The position numbers and the translations under genes were made by a program. DNA of 59,283 nt, from positions 1-59,283 of the forward strand of contig RDEW01000054.1 in the NCBI GenBank assembly GCA_011109175.1, given 5' to 3'. The notes under the pieces are model-generated. The model saw only the letters and a program-made list of their open reading frames with translations, was not told the origin of the DNA and did no database searches. This stretch comes from Dicyema japonicum. Lineage: Eukaryota; Animalia; Dicyemida. Positions within the stretch are counted from its first letter, which is position 1, and the number at the start of each line of letters is the position of its first letter. Positions 14,095 to 27,280 of the stretch are shown piece by piece.

Positions 14095-14385
14095 TCATAA
14101 CGAAGAAGTCAAAGTGCTCCGTCTCAAGTGAACTGTCCGGTCGAAGTTAATCGAAAGTTGCACCCGCGCAGCCATCAGGGCGCTTTCCTCGAATGGACCA
14201 CGAAAACCGACTCCAGACGCCTACAATATTTACTGAAGAAGTATCCACTTCCACCCCAAAACATACGCTAAGTCACTTCCCCATCCGGAGTGAGTCCCCT
14301 GATTGCATCAAACGATGAAGTTCTCCACGCAATACGGAATTTTGCCCCTAGTAGCAGTGGCGGGCTGGACGGAATGAGACCTGAC
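14095..14385 (+). mobile_element. CRE-clade fragment
   Basis: RAAIRAL...AIRNFAPSSSGGLDGMRP. Confidence 0.55.
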
Positions 14386-14389
14386 TAGT

Positions 14390-14950
14390 AGATTTTATGT
14401 CTAGTCTCCGTTGGGAAATTAGCCTTAACCATCTTGTGGTCACTGACAGTCGTCGAGCCTTTATATGAACGTGCGTTTATTAGAAGTTGTTTGTCTTTAG
14501 CCATGCATATGACATAGTCTATTTGGTTATATATTGGGACCAGCTTTCCCTCTGAATTCCTTCTCTTCCCCACTCACGTAGTTTTAATGCAGTATGCGTA
14601 AATGCAGTATTACATAGGAAAAGGTTGATTGCAATACAACAGTGACCAGTATTGTCCCGGGTAGGTTTCTTATTCCACGTCCATGTTCTCCTAAGAAAAC
14701 ATTATCAGATTTATTCTTCATCTTAATTTTCGCGTTCAAATCCCCAGCAATGAGTATTAGTGATGACGACTGATATTCGTTGTACGTCTGTAGCAGTGTT
14801 TAATAGAAGTCGTCTAGTTCTGTTGGATCTTTCGCTACTCTCCGCAGTGTGGCGCCTGAACATTTATAATTGTCAGAAAGCTCTTGAAGGAGGTAAGTCG
14901 TGAAAACGGATTTGTACAACACAGATACTGTCTGAGCTCTGTCTTGTTTG
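14390..14950 (-). mobile_element. RTE-type APE endonuclease fragment
   Basis: IAGDLNAK, NLFLCNTAF, YNQIDYVIC and SDHKMV. Confidence 0.7.
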
Positions 14951-16519
14951 AATTATGAGGGAATACAATCTTGAAAAGTCTAAATCGTAGAGAAACTTAT
15001 TCGATGGAAGTGCCAATAGACAAAATACATAAATAGCCATTTATCGAACACTCAGCTTACTAATGCGTCCTTTATATAGATAGTGGATTTCCAAGCATAT
15101 GTGAAAAAGGCAGTCCTTAGATGCAAAGTGGACTCCACTTATGTGTGAATCATTACTTTGAATAAAGTGACCAAAGGAAGTAAAATAATTGATGGGTGAC
15201 TCTATACAAGGAGAAATGTCAGAGGATACGTCATTTTTATTCAAACCAGCCTTTGTTACTAGAGTAGTTGGAACCCATCTAGTAATATCTTAATAATCGA
15301 AACCAGTTAACGTGGCCACGAAGACGCGATATTGAGTTGACGAGAGTTGCTAATATTTGGCCTGGACTTACGTTAATCAATACAATGAATTCATAAAAAT
15401 GTACTTCCTCAATTCATTCGCGACACCTGAGGTTGTTGTCGTTATGGGTAAAATGGCGATGAAATTTCATTCTGGATTTACGAGAATAGACGGTCAATCT
15501 TCAAAAGTCTGACGATGAATAGAACCCATCAGGCTGTCAGTTTGTTCTCCGAATGACTTGGTCTGTGTTCGTTAAAATAACCGCATCAGTGTGAAACTGA
15601 CGAGTTATTTTTGAAAATGGCTATAGATTCTTTTAAGAATTCAAAAGTTTTGGTACAGTGTTTAGTTGAGAGATGAAGTAATTCATTGGCTTCTTTTAGA
15701 GATTTCACCATTAACTAAATGCAATTTTATTAGTGAAAGACCGGCTTTTTTTGCATCCTTTGAAGGCGCCCTTGTTTTATTAATTTATTGATTTTGAGTG
15801 GTAAGAAACGGTCAACTATGTGAGTGTGTCCACTTGGGATTTGCAGTCGCAATGACAGAGGTCAAAGAGTTTGACTACTATGTCAAGGGATTTGTAATTC
15901 GATATGGAAAAAGAGAGAAATCATCTACGGTCTCTTGTCACAAGTCATCACATATGGGATGTTAAAGTTTTTATAGGCCTCTTTGTTGGCGGATTTGATG
16001 GTAGATCATAATAGAACCGTTGAGTCTAGAACAGAAAGTGATACTAGGACATGCGATGAAGTACAAAAGTTGTCAGTCAACTTTTTAAAGTGAACCTTAG
16101 AGAGCCTTACATTGGAGTAAAGAACGTAGAGCTGGGAATGCCATATGAGAGAAAATTCCCTATTCATACTACGTCGAATTCGGTGTAGTTATGTCTCTTC
16201 TCCACGTGAATTAGGCAAAATAGCTGTTTAAATTGTTTCAACGGTTCCCATTTCCATTTTTCCCGCCTATATTTTTAGGACTGTTGTTCGGATATCCTTG
16301 CCAAAGTCTGTTTCTGGATGAAAAATCGTCCACAATTATTTTTTCGTTTAAAAAATATACTTTTGTCTATTTTTACAATCATTCCTTCAGCACTTATCGT
16401 TATTTAATATATTAAAAAATTAGAAAAATTGAATATTAGACTAAATTAATTCAATTATTTTCTTTTGGTTGAGGTGGTGACGTCCCTCTCGAAAAAGTAT
16501 GTCTGAAAAACACGAAAAT

Positions 16520-17640
16520 TGCAACCTAAATGACTTCTCTCTTTTAACGTTCAATGTTAGAGGACTCTCTAGTGCATAGAAAAGAAAAGAACTTTGTGAA
16601 GACCTTTCAAAATACAAGATATCAGTCGGATGTATCCAAGAAACAAAAATATCGAAGGAGTTTGAAGAACAACACGGAAAGTTTCAGTTAATCTTTCTCT
16701 CTGGAGGATCAAAACATTACGGACTCAGATTTGCTGTAAGAAAGGACCTACTCCGGCGCACATACCGTTATTGGACAATCAATTAAAGGATTGGGATTTT
16801 ACAAATAATCATTATGCTCCACATAGTGGATAGATCAATAAGAAACCCGAGGAAATTGACGACTTTTATGCAAATCTGTCTGATGTTTATTCCAATTATG
16901 CAATTCCACATTAATATTGATTGCCGGTGATCTTAATGCAAAAGTTGGAAGTCGAATCACTATACCATTCATTGGAAGACATGGAAAGGGGAAAAGGAAC
17001 ATTGCAGGAACCTTGTTAGCTAGTTTTTGTCAAGCAAATAATCTATTCCTTTGTAACACGGCCTTTATGCACTCAGCAAGACACAGGACAACTTGGTCAG
17101 GCAATAGAACTAAGTCTGACGGAAGCATTGCGAAAATCTACAGTCAAATAGACTACATTATTTGCAGACAAAAAGACCGCAGTATTGTCACTGATGCCCG
17201 TGCTTATTGAGGGTCTATAATTGACAGCGATCACAAGATGGTTATTGCCAAAATGTCCATAAAGAAACTTATGGGTTTGCAAAGGATGAAAAGAAAGTGC
17301 AATGGACATACGGAACTGCGGGTGAAGGGATACGTTTTAGACCATCTAAAGAACAATACTATCCAGGGAGATGAATTCAGAAAATACCTGGATGAGGGAT
17401 TGGAAGAAATATCAGTAGAGTTGGCACCGCAAATTGCGTGGACCTTGGTCAAACAGAAGATCATGATTGCTGCGGATATATACCTGAAAGAAGACTACGT
17501 AACTAATACACTCACTTAAGAAGTAACCGCTTATGGATACAATGTCTAAGTACAGATGACAAAAATACGAAACATCGGCTACAAAAGGAAAAAACTGTCA
17601 TCAAAAAGAAAATAAAACCATTTAATCAACTCCACTGTAT
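16520..17640 (+). mobile_element. RTE-type LINE, APE domain (RT missing)
   Basis: LLTFNVRGL, CIQETK, YAPH, IAGDLNAKVG, SQIDYIIC and DSDHKMV. Several frameshifts. Confidence 0.85.
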
Positions 17641-17689
17641 TACTTTTTGAAAGGATCTTCACACTACAGCTTTCTATTTAGTTAGTTAG

Positions 17690-18110
17690 TTAAAGCACAT
17701 TTGCGTTGCCAGTGAACATTGTTATGGTTTCGTTTGTGCCATGCTTTTTGAATATCCTATCCATTAGTCTTCTCCATCTTTTTCGTTGTCGTGCTCTTTT
17801 CCTGATTTCGTCCAGATCGTCTGCATCTAGAAGTCGCCCCTCGATCATTGCGTAAACTTCCGCGAGTGACCTTGAAAGACAACTTCTTGGACATTCTCTG
17901 AATGCAGGAGATACAGTATGGCCGAAAAAATCTTACATGGCAGCATTGAATGGCATCTGTTCATCCATCTGTAGTCCAAAAAGACGCCAGCGTGCTTAAC
18001 TACTTTTAGACTTATTGGTCCACAATCAGTCAGTTTTATATAATTTATTGTTTGAGATTTTCTTTGGACAACTGTATCTAAGGAGTTTTCTTGTTAGCCT
18101 CTGTGAAATG
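17690..18110 (-). mobile_element. RTE-type LINE 3' fragment
   Basis: ARWRLFG...DADDLDEIRKRARQRKRW is homologous to the C-terminus of ORF 55424-57205. Confidence 0.65.
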
Positions 18111-19539
18111 AGTCAAGCTTTCTATTTCCTTATTTTATAAAAATTTTTATATGTAAATTACTTTTTTTAATATAATAACCCGTTTCAGAGATATCGAAAG
18201 ATTTGTGGATCTAATAAATTTGTTGATAAACATATTGAAGTAAATGAACCAGACATTTTGTTACACATGAGTTGTCTTTTCATAGATATCATCCATAAGT
18301 TGATTAAGTTCTACGTGGATTGAAATAAAATGAAAAATTCCATAGACCTAACTAACTACTGGTCTCCATACGCACCAGCAGAGACTTCATCTTGGTCCAA
18401 TATTCCTCCCTCGAACCTATACAATACAGTATCAGTCAAATAATCTGGATATACCACTCGGTTCTTACAGATTATAAATCCCAGAAGCATTGGAAAGGGG
18501 GCATTCCCATAAGTCCTTCGCTCTATAACTTCGATTGCTTTTTCTTGTCTCGCTTTGATTCTCAAGTATCCAGGAAATTAATGGACCTGATAAGATACAT
18601 ACGTAAGAAATGCATTATTATTATTAATAGCACTTTCGAAGAACCAAAAATGTAATTTATTTAATTAAGGTTCCGCTTGTGCCGTATATTTTTTTTCAGG
18701 TTATTTTTTTCCACAATTCTCTTGACCAACTTCCTCCATGCTCGCGGTTACAGGCAGAGCAGGCAGTTATTCCGAGCGTAAAGAAATGCATGACTCAATA
18801 TTATGCTAGTAGATAGTTCCCAGGAGAGGATTATTTACGATATTAATTATCCCGAAACACGTTAAGAAGGGGGTTCTTTGGAAACGTTCTCAGAATGGAC
18901 CTGGAACCCCCAGCTAACGTGGCATGGAGTCATCTTCGGCTAAACGCTCTCCGATTCTGTGGACCACGAAGTACTATCTTTCCAATGGTCCTCAACAAGA
19001 GTTCTGAAAGATTGACAGCCGCTTCAGAGAGGGAGAGGATCTGGATGGACTACAAGAGCTTGGGTGTGCCAGGGACAAGTGAAGAAAAATGACTTTGTTA
19101 AAAGTTTCTCGAGTTGTATATGCTCCACAAAAGTTAAAAGGAAAATACGGTATTCTCCAAAGTCCAACAACGAACTTCTTGCAGTGGTTAACCATCATAA
19201 ATCCTCGGAGTCGAGTTTGACTCGTCAATCTCTCTAACAACTACTTTGAACAACTTTCCACTAAAGCAAAGCGAAAATCAAATATGCTTCCAGCAGTGAC
19301 TGGTCATTCGAACGAAGACAAAAGAGTGTTTAACTATGCTCTCCAAACTGGTGTATATATAATTCTCCCTAATACAAAAGCTTCAACAGGTCCAGAATTC
19401 AGTACTGCGAGTTATAATGGGTTGTTTAAAACGATACTCGTTGGCACTTACACTGGACTAGAAGATCATGCTTTTTGGTGGCCCATTTAAAATGAGGTGC
19501 GTGCGATATCTCAGAAAATCGTTTGACCCAAATAACCCG

Positions 19540-19790
19540 ACCTTTCAATTATTTAAATCTACTAACTGCATACACATATGGAGAATATTCACTTATCTCC
19601 AAAGAACACACAGGAAAATCCAAACACCGACGAAAACCTAACCTGGCTGAAAAATGCAGAGTGAATACAAACCCTGGAAGAGAACAAGATACAGAAACGC
19701 AAACCTCTTGAGATTAGAGTATCAGAACAACTTCTTCAGAAGACAAAGTTACGCGAAATTATGTATTTAAAATCGATAATTAACTTAGTT
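19540..19790 (+). mobile_element. Possible Penelope-like GIY-YIG remnant
   Basis: YGE...SKEH...LAE, followed by NNFFRR/KLREIMYLK across frameshifts. Weak. Confidence 0.35.
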
Positions 19791-20049
19791 GAAATGGATT
19801 AAGTTGTTAACTCAGTTTATAAGAAGAGATGCTTATATTTGATTCTGACGGTCGATATGCCTATATCCTTACATTTCGGAAGAATTTGATGAGTTATTAA
19901 GTGCGCATAATGAGAACTCAACATCTGATTATGAAAATACAAGAAGTCTGTTACCTTCTACAGTTTTGATTCAGACGTAATGTACTAACGTTAATAATTA
20001 TGTAGTCAATGGATCTTAGTTATATTAAATAATTAATTTAATATATTAA

Positions 20050-20672
20050 CTTTTTTTTTCTTTTTTTTTTATTTTGAATTCATAATTTAAACAATAGAAG
20101 TCAGGTAGTTGCCGCCCTCACCGCGTGGCTGTTCCCTCTCAAAATTGCGAGCGAAATTCGCTAAAATAGCCAGCGCGTTCGCGGAGATCTCCAGTGCATG
20201 AGGTGATCCGGTTTCCAAGACGTCCGAAAAACTCGAGTGTAGAGGGGGAGTAGGATCCGGAAGTCTCCATAGCAAGGGGAACAAATTTGACATCATCGGG
20301 AAGGTCGGCGTATTTAACGAGTTTGGCCTTCTCCGCCTTTACGGATGCTGAACAGGCCCTTGTAGCACTCTCGTGAAGATTTTCTGGCGAACGTGTCTGT
20401 ACATGTCACATCCCAAACCAGTGGTTTCCCGGCCTCAAATGGAAATATGGTCATCCCGTCGGTCGTTTCCCGTCACTTCTGCATAACCCGACCGGTTCAA
20501 GAATGGCCGAGTATCCAGCAGCATCCATAGCTCGCCTGACAATTTCATTCAGAGCCTTGTGCCTTGGGGATCTGCAGCGCTTCCTCCTGCAGGCGAGAGG
20601 GTGCAGGCCATAGCAGTCTATCAGGATGCCACATCGGCACGGGTGAGGTACACATTACTTTTAGTCCCAGCA
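20050..20672 (-). mobile_element. 5'-truncated CRE-clade element with poly(A) tail
   Basis: Near-identical to 40555-41145 ([25 protein letters not shown]...AILRGNSH). A-rich tail at 20050-20072. Confidence 0.9.
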
Positions 20673-20679
20673 GATAGAC

Positions 20680-20990
20680 CATATATTAACCCAGGATAGA
20701 CCGAGAAAGTAGTTTAAGTAAACAATTAATTAAGTGTATTAGGTCACTTCTACAGAATCCATCAGGAATCAGAATAAAAGGAAAAAGACGTCTATACTTG
20801 CAGTTGTGGTAACCCTCCAGTAGAGTGGGGGAGAACAAATGATCCTTTTTTGTGTCGGCCAGGGACTGGGCGCCACCTAGACAGGTGGATCACATGACGT
20901 CATTCTAATAGGACTGGAAAATAAAAAACAGACAAAACAATCAAAAAACTTTAACAATTAGCCACGTAGCACCACATGGACCACGTGGAG
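20680..20990 (-). mobile_element. Non-autonomous family A (leader plus HDV-like fold), copy 3
   Basis: Collinear over ~310 nt with 32943-33255. Structured core at 20840-20901. Confidence 0.85.
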
Positions 20991-21094
20991 AACTCGATCT
21001 TATGTTATAATATATTTTATTTAGGTAAAAAAGTTAAAAAACAGTATATTTTGTAATAAAATTATTACACTTTATTTAACAAACAATAAAAAAG

Positions 21095-21200
21095 TTAATA
21101 TATTTAATAATCAACAACCTTCCTCGCCTGCCTGTTCGCCAGCCTCCTCAGGCAGGTTCGATTTGGTTGCTGAAACAACTCCGAGAGCGCCTTGTCCAAT
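21095..21200 (-). mobile_element. R4/Dong-type 3' terminal fragment
   Basis: Near-identical reverse complement of 6253-6350. Confidence 0.75.
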
Positions 21201-21249
21201 TTTTTCGGATATATTCTGTGACTGGACCTAGTGATACAAATTATCGACG

Positions 21250-22240
21250 ACGAATGGCTGATTGTCTACATATTGAGGAATATATCTATTTAATTCACTG
21301 ATTTTGTGATAAAGTCTCCACATTTTTTTATTCTAGAACAGTCGACTTTGATGGATAATTCCTGCTCATTGAGGCTGCATGTTATTCCCAGGTGGTTGGA
21401 CCCTGAAAATGCCGACAATCGGGTATTCTATTCACTAACCGAAGGTTTTCTTCTCAACTGATGGACTCCACATACTCGACCTTTCCTTTGATTTCCGATA
21501 TTTTAAGGTTGTTAAAATAGTCCACAGCAATCAAAATACACATGCGTCCTCCAAAGTCCAGGATGCCGTTCTTTCGAGGATTAACAAGTAGTTTGCTAAT
21601 ATTTAGTAGATTTCCCGATAAACTTGATAGCAACAAACATTATAGCACATTTTTGTTTCTTCAACCCTCGTATTGCTTCTCTGTCGAGATCCACAACTCT
21701 TATCCGTCTTTATGCGCAATTTTGTGCAGAGACATCCTTCATCTTACAAACGTATATCGAATATCACTAAAACAGGCAATGACATGTATTACCGAACGAT
21801 TTCCACCTGAAACGAGAATTATGCACAGAGTTGGGTAGGATTTTACCTTAGATTTGCTTTTCCTGCCATCTATTTGCCAGATTGTCACAGGAAAGATTCT
21901 TCCCTCCCACCAGGTCGAGTTGGCTAACATCTTTCCTCAGTAAACTACCCCAATTGAGCTCGGTTAAAGCTAGTGTCTCTCGTTGGTTGAATTAAGACAC
22001 TTGGGGTTGCTTTTCGAGTCCTCAGGCACTGGTTTCTAGAAAAAACATGCGTTTTTTGATTTCTTCAATAAATCTGGATATTTTCCGGTTATGACTAATG
22101 ATTATTGAAGGGAGATACATTCACTGTGACCTGAAACGTACTGCTGAAAGTTCTATGCGATTACCTGCTAGGATAAATTTAAGATATTGTCCTCCAATTT
22201 TTAGATTATTTCTCTGGTTGTAACTTAAATTTTAAAGGTT
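21250..22240 (-). mobile_element. Ty3/gypsy pol remnant (RNase H to integrase)
   Basis: Integrase-like ILIAVDYF, preceded by an H-x3-H-like zinc-binding segment (LHKIAHKDG). Heavily decayed. Confidence 0.45.
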
Positions 22241-22489
22241 TGAGTCATTTATATGACGTTAGTGATGTGGGAAAGGACAAATGTGAGGACTGGATGAAGA
22301 TAGACCCTGAGAAATTTGACGAAATCCTGAGGTCTTCTTCTGGTAAGAACGTGGTCCCCAATATAATGGACGGCTTTGTTGCCGCTGAGTTAGAGTGTGA
22401 TGGAGTGGTCGCTTTAGATGAATTGGTAGTTTGTTTACTTGTAGTCTTTGGGAGTTGATGTTGACCAGTTGGAGAATTTGCTTTCCAAA

Positions 22490-22860
22490 TTTTATTTATT
22501 TTCTAGAAAGGATTCTCGTCCTATGGCAATTCGCCTCATGATTTCCAAGCCTCCGTCACCATTCCCGATTAATTAGACATCCCAGAAAGACAACATTATC
22601 GCCACTCTCTATTTTCTCATTCCCAATTTTTAGTTCCATTATTAGCAGTCGTCATAATTTTGGTTCTTTTGATATTTAGCAATAAACCAAAGACGGCGCT
22701 CTCTTCTCTGAATCTTAGAATCAACTCCATGAAACCATCCTCTGTTTCAGCCAGTAAGGTTGTATCTTCAACATAGCGCAAATGTTCCTGCCTCCAATTT
22801 TAATCCCGTTATTTGATACAGCATCCAATTTAGTCATGATCTAAATTTGTAAGGGATATA
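22490..22860 (-). mobile_element. RTE/BovB-type RT fragment
   Basis: Close paralog of 52070-52420. Confidence 0.8.
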
Positions 22861-22877
22861 ATGGTTTCCATTATTAT

Positions 22878-23659
22878 CAGGTTAAACTTTGCTGCTACAA
22901 CACTCCAACTGAAATCCACGGAATCAATGACCTTATCTCTTTCGACTTTATGGACCCTTGCCTTTTGCAATACCTCGTGTCTGCGCTTGAGCAGCAACAC
23001 GCGTTGAACGATGAGAGACTTTTGACTTCTATAGGGGGTAGGGTAGTTTTCCTGCTGATTGAATAGATGGCCGAGTTTCCGTTGGAGCCAATGCTCTCCA
23101 ATGTTTTAATTATGCCCGTAGATCGTGTCGATGCTGTCTGTTCAGAACTTGTTTTTTCAGACCCAAAGAGAACGCTGATAACGATGACCAGAAGATTGCA
23201 AACTTCTACCAGTCAGATGGTAACCATCTAACTCTTTGGAAATTTACAATACCTGGACTAAGAATGGGTGTTCAGAAAAACTGGGCTCGCAGTAATTTCC
23301 TAAACAAAGAGTATTGAAAAGGTGTCTGGACATTAGAAAGCAGATGATAAACATCATTGACAGGTAAATTGGTTGTCTTATTCAAGCATAAATTGAATGT
23401 CGTCCATTTGTGTGAAAAACATGTCATCTGCCCCTAAGATACTCGTTAGCTGGTTTTAGGAAGTGTATCAGACGAACATCGATCAGCAAACAGTGTACAT
23501 CCACCCATTCAGTGCTTTCATTAATTGTCAACCTGAATGGTAGGGATAGTGGCTTATTTCCGGGTTGTTTAGCATGAGTTGATGTTAACTTCAAAAGAAT
23601 ACATGCATGGAGCTAGCGCTATTGATCCTCAATGGCTAGTGAAGTTTGCTCCAAAGTGA
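22878..23659 (+). pseudogene. DHX8: Unprocessed fragment of the DEAH-box splicing helicase PRP22/DHX8
   Basis: GINDLISFDFMDP, LLTSIGGR|MAEFPLEPML, DIRKQMINIIDR|HKL, IDQQTVYIHP and QPEW|VV*HELMLTSKEYM...IDPQWLVKFAP. Introns at 23043-23066, 23364-23386 and 23540-23562 (last acceptor mutated). In-frame TAG at 23570-23572, plus frameshifts and deletions. Confidence 0.85.
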
Positions 23660-24409
23660 AGATATTTGTTGACAGGATTTTCAATCTGAGTTGGGCGTCA
23701 AACAACCAGAGCTTAGCAACTACTGGATCTAAGGGATCTCTCATATTAGACAGCATAGTTAGGAATGGATGGAGATCATTTTATAGTTATTACAAGACCT
23801 AATAAGTATCCATCTTAAGTATCTATCATCGATCTAACTTACATTTTTCGACATCATTCATTCGTGTTCATAATTGTGACTTTGATGTGTTGATACTAAA
23901 TTAAGAACTTCGTTAATTTATAATTGATTTGATTATTGTCGAAATCACCAATTGTTCCATTGCCGACCATATTAAGAATATATCATCGATCTGAATGTCA
24001 TGAATTATAAACAACGTTTGTCTACAATGACAAGACTTACCAATCTATGGTTCGACCGGCATTTACTGCGTCTTATTTAATAGCTGCACGGCTCCTACAA
24101 GTTTGTGAGGCTGTGGTTACTTAATTAACCATATTATCATGTATTTGACGATTAGAAAGCCGCTTTTGTCGCTTTTGCTAACAAAAAAGTGACAGACAAT
24201 CAGGGATAATCGATATTTTCAAATTCTCTTAATAAGTATAAGTTATTTGGATATTATTTATCCGAATTATCCTATTTTTGTCTCACTGACAAGCAAGTTA
24301 ATGGTTTTCTGTTGAATGTTTTCGATAAAAGATTAATTCTTATATTCCTTCCTTTGAGATTAAAAAAATTCGATTAAGCAAATGATTGAAACCTTTGCTA
24401 TGGTTGCTA

Positions 24410-24600
24410 CTTTGTCGACCTCCTTTGCCCCTTCAACATTGTCGGAGCATGGTACACTGTTTAAGCGGGAATGCGCTTCATTTCCTAAGGAAATTTGGAC
24501 GCCTTGCTACACTAAAAAGCCACGACGCACGTGAGACTGGAAGGTTCTCCAGTTGATCTCTGCTGTGATCGCGAGAGGCAACTCAACATCGATTATGTAG
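24410..24600 (+). mobile_element. CRE-clade 3' fragment
   Basis: PF..GAW...LQLISAVIARGNSTSI resembles the RISLAI.RGN terminus. Confidence 0.5.
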
Positions 24601-24651
24601 GCGGGGATCGTTTTTGATTGATTTTTGTGTTTTTGAGCAAATTAATTGTAC

Positions 24652-24950
24652 CAAAAAACACCGTGATCAGACGAAAAAATTCACGTGATCTCGACCTCCT
24701 CAGCAAATCTTCGCATACTAGAACATACAGGAAGTGCCGTCCAGAGAGAACTCCACTCCATTATTGACTAATGGTCCTTTTTGGATATAATTTAGGATTA
24801 TATCTTACGCCACCAGAGATGGTGAACCACGTGAAGCCACGTTAGCAATTCAACATCTACTGGAGCCAAAAGGTTAGAGAAAGAACAGAAGAAACAAACA
24901 AAAAAAATTTCAATTCAAGTAGCCTGTGACGCCACACTAACAATTCAACC
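24652..24950 (-). mobile_element. Non-autonomous family B (leader plus HDV-like fold plus LINE 3' end), copy 2
   Basis: Collinear with 37980-38283. Structured core at 24772-24838. Confidence 0.75.
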
Positions 24951-25490
24951 CTGTATAATTCATTGGACCGATCATTAACTATGACTGCGCTACATGGGAA
25001 TAAACCTCTCATGGACGAACTGTCTGAAATCGAAGCCTGTCTACGCCAGGCGGCTACGTCAATAAAACACTTGGCATAACTGGAAGAATTATCTAACTCG
25101 ACTCTCGACCATCTTATCCGCGAAAATTGAAAAGGTCTCGTAACTCTTCGAAAACTGAAGTGCCTATCACAGAAAGACCAGTCCACCCCTAAAAGCAGAA
25201 ATAAATAATACATCACGCCGGAGGAATATATATGGGAAACACTGCCTCCCGCCCGATCCGTAGCTACGCTGGATCGAAAGTCCAATATCGGAAAAAGTTG
25301 AGAGCTTCTTTGAAGTTTTTCTCCGATAGATTGGAACATCAATCTCATCAAGACTGAAAGATTCTAGGGAATGCTGTTTGGTTTCTAGAGCATCTTCAAT
25401 CTTTCGTGGCAATTCATATTGTCTTTGCAGCTTTTGGAACCTAATAACATCACTACTGAAGAGAATGACCATTAAGATCTTTTCCACCAT
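24950..25490 (-). CDS. Possible lineage-specific gene
   Basis: Two overlapping minus-strand ORFs can be joined by a 28-nt GT..TTTTAG intron near 25172-25199, and the N-terminus is hydrophobic. No homology recognised. Confidence 0.2.
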
Positions 25491-26309
25491 CTGCCCAAAA
25501 TTTATTACCCAATATTAATTTAAACACGTACATCTTAGTAAATTCCCATTTCTCATTCTTTCTTGCATGAGCAATTAACAATCAAGGAAGTAGCCAAATT
25601 TCTACTCTATAACTCTCGAAAACTCATAAGGCTTCCAACCAGTCTCTCCACTAAATGCTACTCAGATATCTTGAAACCACAGAAAATATAGATGATATGA
25701 CCGATGGAAGAGCAGTGAAAAATACCTTCTCTGTTAATATCGACCACCCTTTTATTTCCTTTTAATCGAGTGGGCAATAAAAACAAATAATACTGTTAAA
25801 GACAAGATCATCATCTCCTTATTCTGCATAAACTGATTATAAAAGTGAATCTTTTATAATTTATTAATGTTTATGGAATATTAAGTCAATGTATAATATG
25901 TGTTATGTCATTTTAATTCACTGTTCTTTACTTAAATAAAGTGTGTGTCCTGCCTATGCGGAGCTATAAAATACTATGGCTCTTGTGAAAAGGCTTTATT
26001 ATTATTATTTTGTATATGTAGAGTTGGTGGTTTAATAATTACTTACCAAATTAGTCCTTATTAATTTCCAAAATAAGATTACATTGATTATTACTTTTAA
26101 GTACTATAATGCTCGAATTTTTTTCATTTTATTATCATTTCTTAATTACGTTTTCAACACGGGGCGAGAATGACATATTCATGTCAAAAGTCACCCCAAG
26201 GGTCCTTTGAGATTTTCTGAAAGGAATAGCTTCATTGTTTGCCTTTCAGTTCGACCATCCGTCTTCCCACTCTCTTGTCTAAAGTAAATAGGGTTGTGAC
26301 GGACTTCTC

Positions 26310-26850
26310 TAGAAGTTATGCAATTCTTCTATAGCCATTCGTCAAGACGGTCCAGGTTGTCTTGTCCGGGAGGAAATTTTTGATTTTCACAAGAACCAGC
26401 CTTTCCAGAATTTTAGACAGCGAACACAATAACGCGACCGGTCTGTATGAAGCTGGGTCCTTTTTTACTTTACCGGGTTTCAAAATTGGACGTAAGTGTG
26501 CAAGCTTCCATAAGGCTGGAATATAATTTTTGTGGAAAGGTTGAATGTCTTTGTTAATCAGCGATTCCATAGTCTCCCAGATTTTTTAGGAGGATCATTG
26601 GGATCTTCCCGGTCCGTTATAATAGGTTTGTTCTAATGGCTTTCAATGCATATCTCACGTCGTTTTCAGTGAAGTGAATCGTTTCCGGTTCCTTTTTCTG
26701 TTTACTGAAATATTTCGGGGATATATACGACTTCTTATAATCTTTATGGGATATTTTTACATATTATTTTATTAGATTGTATAACTTCTTTTAACTGTAA
26801 TCCACAACGGACGATCTTTCATTCTCTCTTGAGGCGTCTATACCACACTA
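26310..26850 (-). mobile_element. I-group LINE RT N-terminal fragment
   Basis: WKLAHLRPILKPGK..KDPASYRPVALLCSLSKILERL. Confidence 0.75.
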
Positions 26851-27206
26851 GTTTAAATTCTCTCATGCAAAAGAAAAAGAGTTCAATGTTAAGAAAAGCT
26901 AGAAGAACAGTCTCTGAATTCAAAGATGAATCTTGAGTTATTGACGATGAGAATCTATTTTGTCTGCTTTTTATATTTATAGTCAACTGTTTTATAAAAA
27001 TTTTGATTGATTCTCACCGTTCAACCCCAAAACATTAAACGAATTTAATTCAATAATTTTGAACAAATTGTACAAATTGTTAACGTATTTAAATCTATCA
27101 ATCACCAACTATAACTCAAATATCTATTTATCCCCAAACTCTACTTATAAGACTGACAACTCGAAGGCCGTTAAAATGTGACTCATTTGATTCAACTATG
27201 GGTGGA

Positions 27207-27280
27207 AATTTTCGATGTGGTGCACCTTCACGTGGAGAAAATTGGATACCAGTTTCAATATGGCAACTAAAGGAACCACA
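27207..27280 (+). ncRNA. Candidate HDV-like self-cleaving ribozyme at a LINE 5' end
   Basis: P1 AATTTTC/GAAAATT; P2 TGTGGTGC/GAACCACA (1 mismatch); P3 ACC/GGA (1 mismatch); L3 TTCACGT; GG for P1.1; P4 hairpin; J4/2 CTAAAG with C at 27267. Confidence 0.7.

Noticed and set aside
21117-21170. CCTTCCTCG, resembling an HDV L3 loop
   Set aside because: No P3, P1 or P2 partners. It is the antisense of an R4-type 3' end.
24857-25351. 164-aa ORF as a complete gene
   Set aside because: Its last ~30 codons run through the family B leader, and no homology was recognised.
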